Below are positions 60,293-64,000 of a DNA stretch of 64,000 bases, one piece after another (position 1 is the first letter of the stretch; each line of letters opens with the position of its first letter). Source of the DNA: Squalus acanthias (Eukaryota); NCBI GenBank assembly GCA_030390025.1, contig CM059425.1, forward strand, positions 169,324,001 through 169,388,000. The letters run 5' to 3'. The position numbers and the translations under genes were made by a program. A model generated the notes under the pieces. The model did not search any database and was not told where the DNA came from. It saw nothing but the letters and a program-made list of their open reading frames with translations.

Positions 60293-62178
60293 ATGACTGC
60301 AGAGTGACAGAAGGCTGCGCCACGCTTCAACGATGACTCCCCCCATGTTCTTGTGGAGGGAGTCGGAGGATGCAGGGAGGTTCTATTCCCTGGGGATGGA
60401 AGGAGGAGACCTCCTCACCAGACAAAGGCAGCCTGGCTGCAAATAGCTGAGGAGGTGAATGCAAGGTGTGAATTTGCTCGCACCTGGGTGCAATGTAAGA
60501 AGAGATTTAATGATCTCCTGTGTTCAGGAAAAGTGAATATAAAAGCACACTTACCTTAATTCTGCTGTGCCTGTCATCACATCCCCATCACTTTGCATTG
60601 CCATCCCTACTCCTGCACATCCTAACTCACCCCAACATCCCTTGCACCATCACCCATCCCTGTCTCCCTATCTGCAGAATCACATCCCCATCTTACTATG
60701 CATCCCTCACACCCACCCTCAACATTATGCAATGACAACAACTAACAACTCAAAATGAGGCAACTTGGGATTGGCACCCCACTCCATCATAGTCTCCCTC
60801 TAAACATCTATCCTATCCATTCTTTACACTCATTCCATTACTCTCACTAAAACTGCACTTCTTTCCCTCATTGCAGGAAAAGCGAGCCCACAATAAGAGG
60901 GAGAGGGAGAGAACAGGAGGAGGCCCACCATCGCTGGCTGAACCCACCATCGCTGGCTGAGCTCACCAGCGCTGAGGAGGCAGCTCTGGACATTGCAGGA
61001 GTAGTTGACCAGCCTGAAGTGGGGGACGGAGAGTGGGGCTCATTAGAACAACCTGGTGACAGAATTATTTTCCAGATATCTTATTTTGCATTCATGAGTG
61101 ACTCGATTGGGATCTGATGTCAATAGAAATTGAATGCTCATCATGTGCATAATGGGATGTGCCTGCAATCTACATATCACATGTCTAACTCATGTCTTTA
61201 CTCTCCCACAGGATCATCAAGAGCCCGGCCCCCCACTGTCCAGGAGGAAGAGCAGGAGGACTCCTCAGAGGACGCCCCAGCCTCTGAGGGAGCAGCGTCA
61301 GCAGAAATAAGCTCACCCAGCACCAGCGCAGAGACGCACACCTCGGTGGGTCCTATGCAAGATAGAGTAGTGTTGTCACCTGCTGTATTACAAGTCACAA
61401 GTGATCAAGATCAGATGGTGGAGACAGGGACAGCAGTGGAGACTCCTCAGATGCATGCAGATGCTGAGCCTCGGGGGCCATCCAGGAAGAGGATGATCCT
61501 GGAGCTTCAGGAACAAGTTCAGGAGGCTCTGACAGGGTTTGCAACCACGGTGACTGCGAGTGTGCAGAGAATGGAGGAGTCCATCTCAAATATGAGCAAC
61601 GCCATGACGCACACACTGGCAACTGTAGGTTCTGCCATGGAAAGGATGGCAACCTCCATGGAGGACATAAATCACCAGACTCAGGAGAACATGGTAACAC
61701 TTCTAAATAGATGTTCATCTATGGAGGATAGATGGGCATCTATTGAGGAGAGAAACCAGAGGTTCCTGGATGTCCTTGTTATGAGGAATGTCAGTATAGA
61801 CATGGGTCCTCATGGCCGAACTGATGTGCAGCAAGGTGCTCTCCAGCTACTTGCTAGCAGAGCAGTGCGGGTGGCCCCTGAAAGGGATGATGATGGGAGG
61901 GGACATGGAAGTGGGGGCTCCTCTCCAAGCGCTCAAACTTCCCCCCCTTGCCAACCCCTCAGTCAGAGCCCCAGATGCCTCCCCGAACAGTGATGACTGA
62001 GTCTGCCCCTGCACAGCTTCCGGAGGAGCAGACTTTGGCGGGGCCCTCACAGGCTCCAAAACCCAGAGGACGACCACCAAAGGCGTCTAAGCAGGCACAG
62101 CAGGGAAGTGAGCACGTTGCATCTGCATCTGCTGAAGCCACAGGGGTAGCACCACGTAGAAGCATGCGTAAAAGTTAG
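60293..62178 (+). pseudogene. Three-exon Myb/SANT-like Harbinger gene (~60293-60532, 60877-61055, 61212-62178)
   Basis: AAWLQIAEEV..WVQCKKRFNDL|gt; ag|EKRAHNKRERERTGGGPP; ag-flanked acidic/coiled-coil exon; stops and a 19-bp duplication at 60924-60960. Confidence 0.8.
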
Positions 62179-62479
62179 CTCCCACAGAAATAGTCACAAG
62201 GGTAGTCACTTGGGTAAATTGCTATAAATGAGTGTTAAGATTCTGTTCTTTTATTTTGTTTTCATAAAGTAATGTTTTCTGAATGTTTGATTTTGTTGCC
62301 ATATGTGTGGTTACAAATTGAAGTGACACAGACAAGGGTAAGGGCACATTTATTGTCCAGCAATGGTGGTATCAGTGCAAGGATTGAACAGTTCATTGTA
62401 GAGATGCTCTATGGTGTTGCAGTGTGGTCATGCCAACCTTCATGTGCATGTGGCAGCCACATGTCTGCGCTGCATAAAG

Positions 62480-63700
62480 TTACATGAATCTGCCATTGAT
62501 TAGGCCATCCCTGGCATCACGGGCAGCAATGTGCTCGTGTGCTGGTCGTACTGGGTCAGCCGCCTCCTCCAGGTCTTCCTCTTGCTGAACCTCATTCTGC
62601 TCATCCTCCTCATCCTCCTCTGAAGAGGCTGTGCACTCCGCGCCTTCTTCATCATGCAGCGCTAATCCTGGCTGCAGTGCGATGTTGTGCAGGGCGCAAT
62701 AGACAACGATGATTCTCGAGATCCTGGCTGGTGCGTACTGAAGGGCTCCACCAGATCTGTCCAGGCATCTGAAGCGCATTTTGAGCAACCCTATTTGCTC
62801 TATGAGACTTCTGGTGGAAGTGTGGCTTTGATTGTAACGCTCCTCAGACTCGTTTCATGGCCTCCTCAACGGTATCATTAGTCACATCTTCAGGGGATAG
62901 CCTTTATCTCCAAGGAGCCAGCCGTCAAGTTCGTTTGGTGGTGTGAATAGCTGAGGGACAGTGGACTGGCACAGGATGTAAGAGTCATGGCAGCTGCCAG
63001 GGAATCTCGCGCAAACATGCATGATGCTCTTCCTATGGTTGCAGACCAGCTGCACGTTAAGGGAGTGGAAGCCCTTGCGGTTGACAAATGCTGCTAGGTT
63101 CTGATGGGGTGCCCTGATGACCACATGTGTGCAGTCGATGACGCCTTGCACCTGTGGGAAGCCAGCCAGATTGACAAAGCCGAGCGCCCGCTCGGTAACA
63201 CTGACTACATCAGTGGAAAAATGGATGTAATTGGCGGACTTATCAAAAAGGGCATCAGTGACCTGCGTAATGCATCTGTGGGCGGCCGGGAGATGCCGCT
63301 AATGTCTGCTGCTGATCTCTGGAAGGAGCCTGACGCAAAGAAGTTGAGGGTGGTGGTGACTTTGACAGCCGTGTCCACCCGCTCCTCTTGCAGGACTTGC
63401 TTGAGCATGGTGCAATTGTCTGCGACTACCTGTATTGAAAGTCTCAGCCTCCTTTGGCACTGCTGCTCAGTCATGTTGAGGAAGCTCATCCTCTGCCTGT
63501 AAACCCTGTGTTAGGGGTATCTCCTGTGGCGCGGTGCAGCCCTGCGCTGACGGCCTCTGCCCTGTGCAGTATCAGGTGGTTGAGGAGAAGGTTGGTGCTC
63601 TTGTTGTTGGTGCTGCTGGTGTGCCTGGTTCTGCTGCTGCTGCGGATGATCATCTTCCGATCCTGAGGACCAGGGTAAGAGGGGATAAATCGTTCCCATT
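62480..63700 (-). pseudogene. Harbinger DDE transposase
   Basis: [51 protein letters not shown]. Confidence 0.92.
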
Positions 63701-63791
63701 CTGCTGTTATATATGGCAGTTGAGGATGAGATGGTAGAAGCAATCAGTCAATGGGGAGAGATGTTATTCCAAGGAGGTGACAGTGCATATA

Positions 63792-64000
63792 GGGGTAGAA
63801 ATTAGGTCGCGCCCCATTTGGGGCGCAAATATCGTCCGGACGCAAATATTAGCGCCTGGCGCTAATTATCGGCACTGATGGGAAACTTCACTTTTAACGC
63901 CCCGGGAGGTGAGTGGAGCGCTAAAGCAGGCGCTGCACACCTCTCTTAAGGCGCAAAGGCCGAGCAGTGAGGCGCTAACTCGGAGCGCTGGCGAAGCTCA
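63792..64000. mobile_element. Start of a MITE of the same family as 14195-18492
   Basis: Aligns to the reverse complement of 18285-18492 (TAGCGCCTGGCGCTAATTATCG, ACACCTCTCTTAAGGCGC, GAGCGCTGGCGAAGCTCA). Confidence 0.85.

Larger units (their letters stand above)
60022..63791. mobile_element. PIF/Harbinger transposon; right end not in view
   Basis: TIR-like GGGCTGGATTTT start; convergent Myb (+) and transposase (-) genes. Confidence 0.88.

Noticed and set aside
62480..63700. Domesticated HARBI1 or MSANTD/NAIF1 host genes
   Set aside because: Multiple disrupted copies within TIR-bounded two-gene units indicate transposons

Overview
Repeat-dense, apparently gene-free vertebrate genomic DNA (intergenic or a large intron). 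The repeat repertoire (Deu-domain SacSINE1-like SINEs, CR1/HER1-like LINEs, abundant Harbingers) points to a cartilaginous fish, probably a shark; this is an inference. Contents from left to right: a near-full-length RTE LINE preceded by a 19-bp tandem array; a young, almost intact Penelope-like element (RT + GIY-YIG, pseudo-LTRs with minimal hammerhead ribozyme motifs); and a ~10.5 kb minus-strand LTR element hidden by nested insertions (tRNA-Leu PBS, a split coiled-coil/PPPY gag, a decayed env-like membrane glycoprotein gene, no pol). Further along are at least six two-gene PIF/Harbinger transposons plus MITEs, several CR1/L2 LINE fragments, SINEs and small hammerhead-bearing Penelope derivatives. 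The unique AT-rich stretches between repeats resemble conserved non-coding enhancers. No host coding exon could be supported. All family assignments come from motif recognition by eye, not from database searches.
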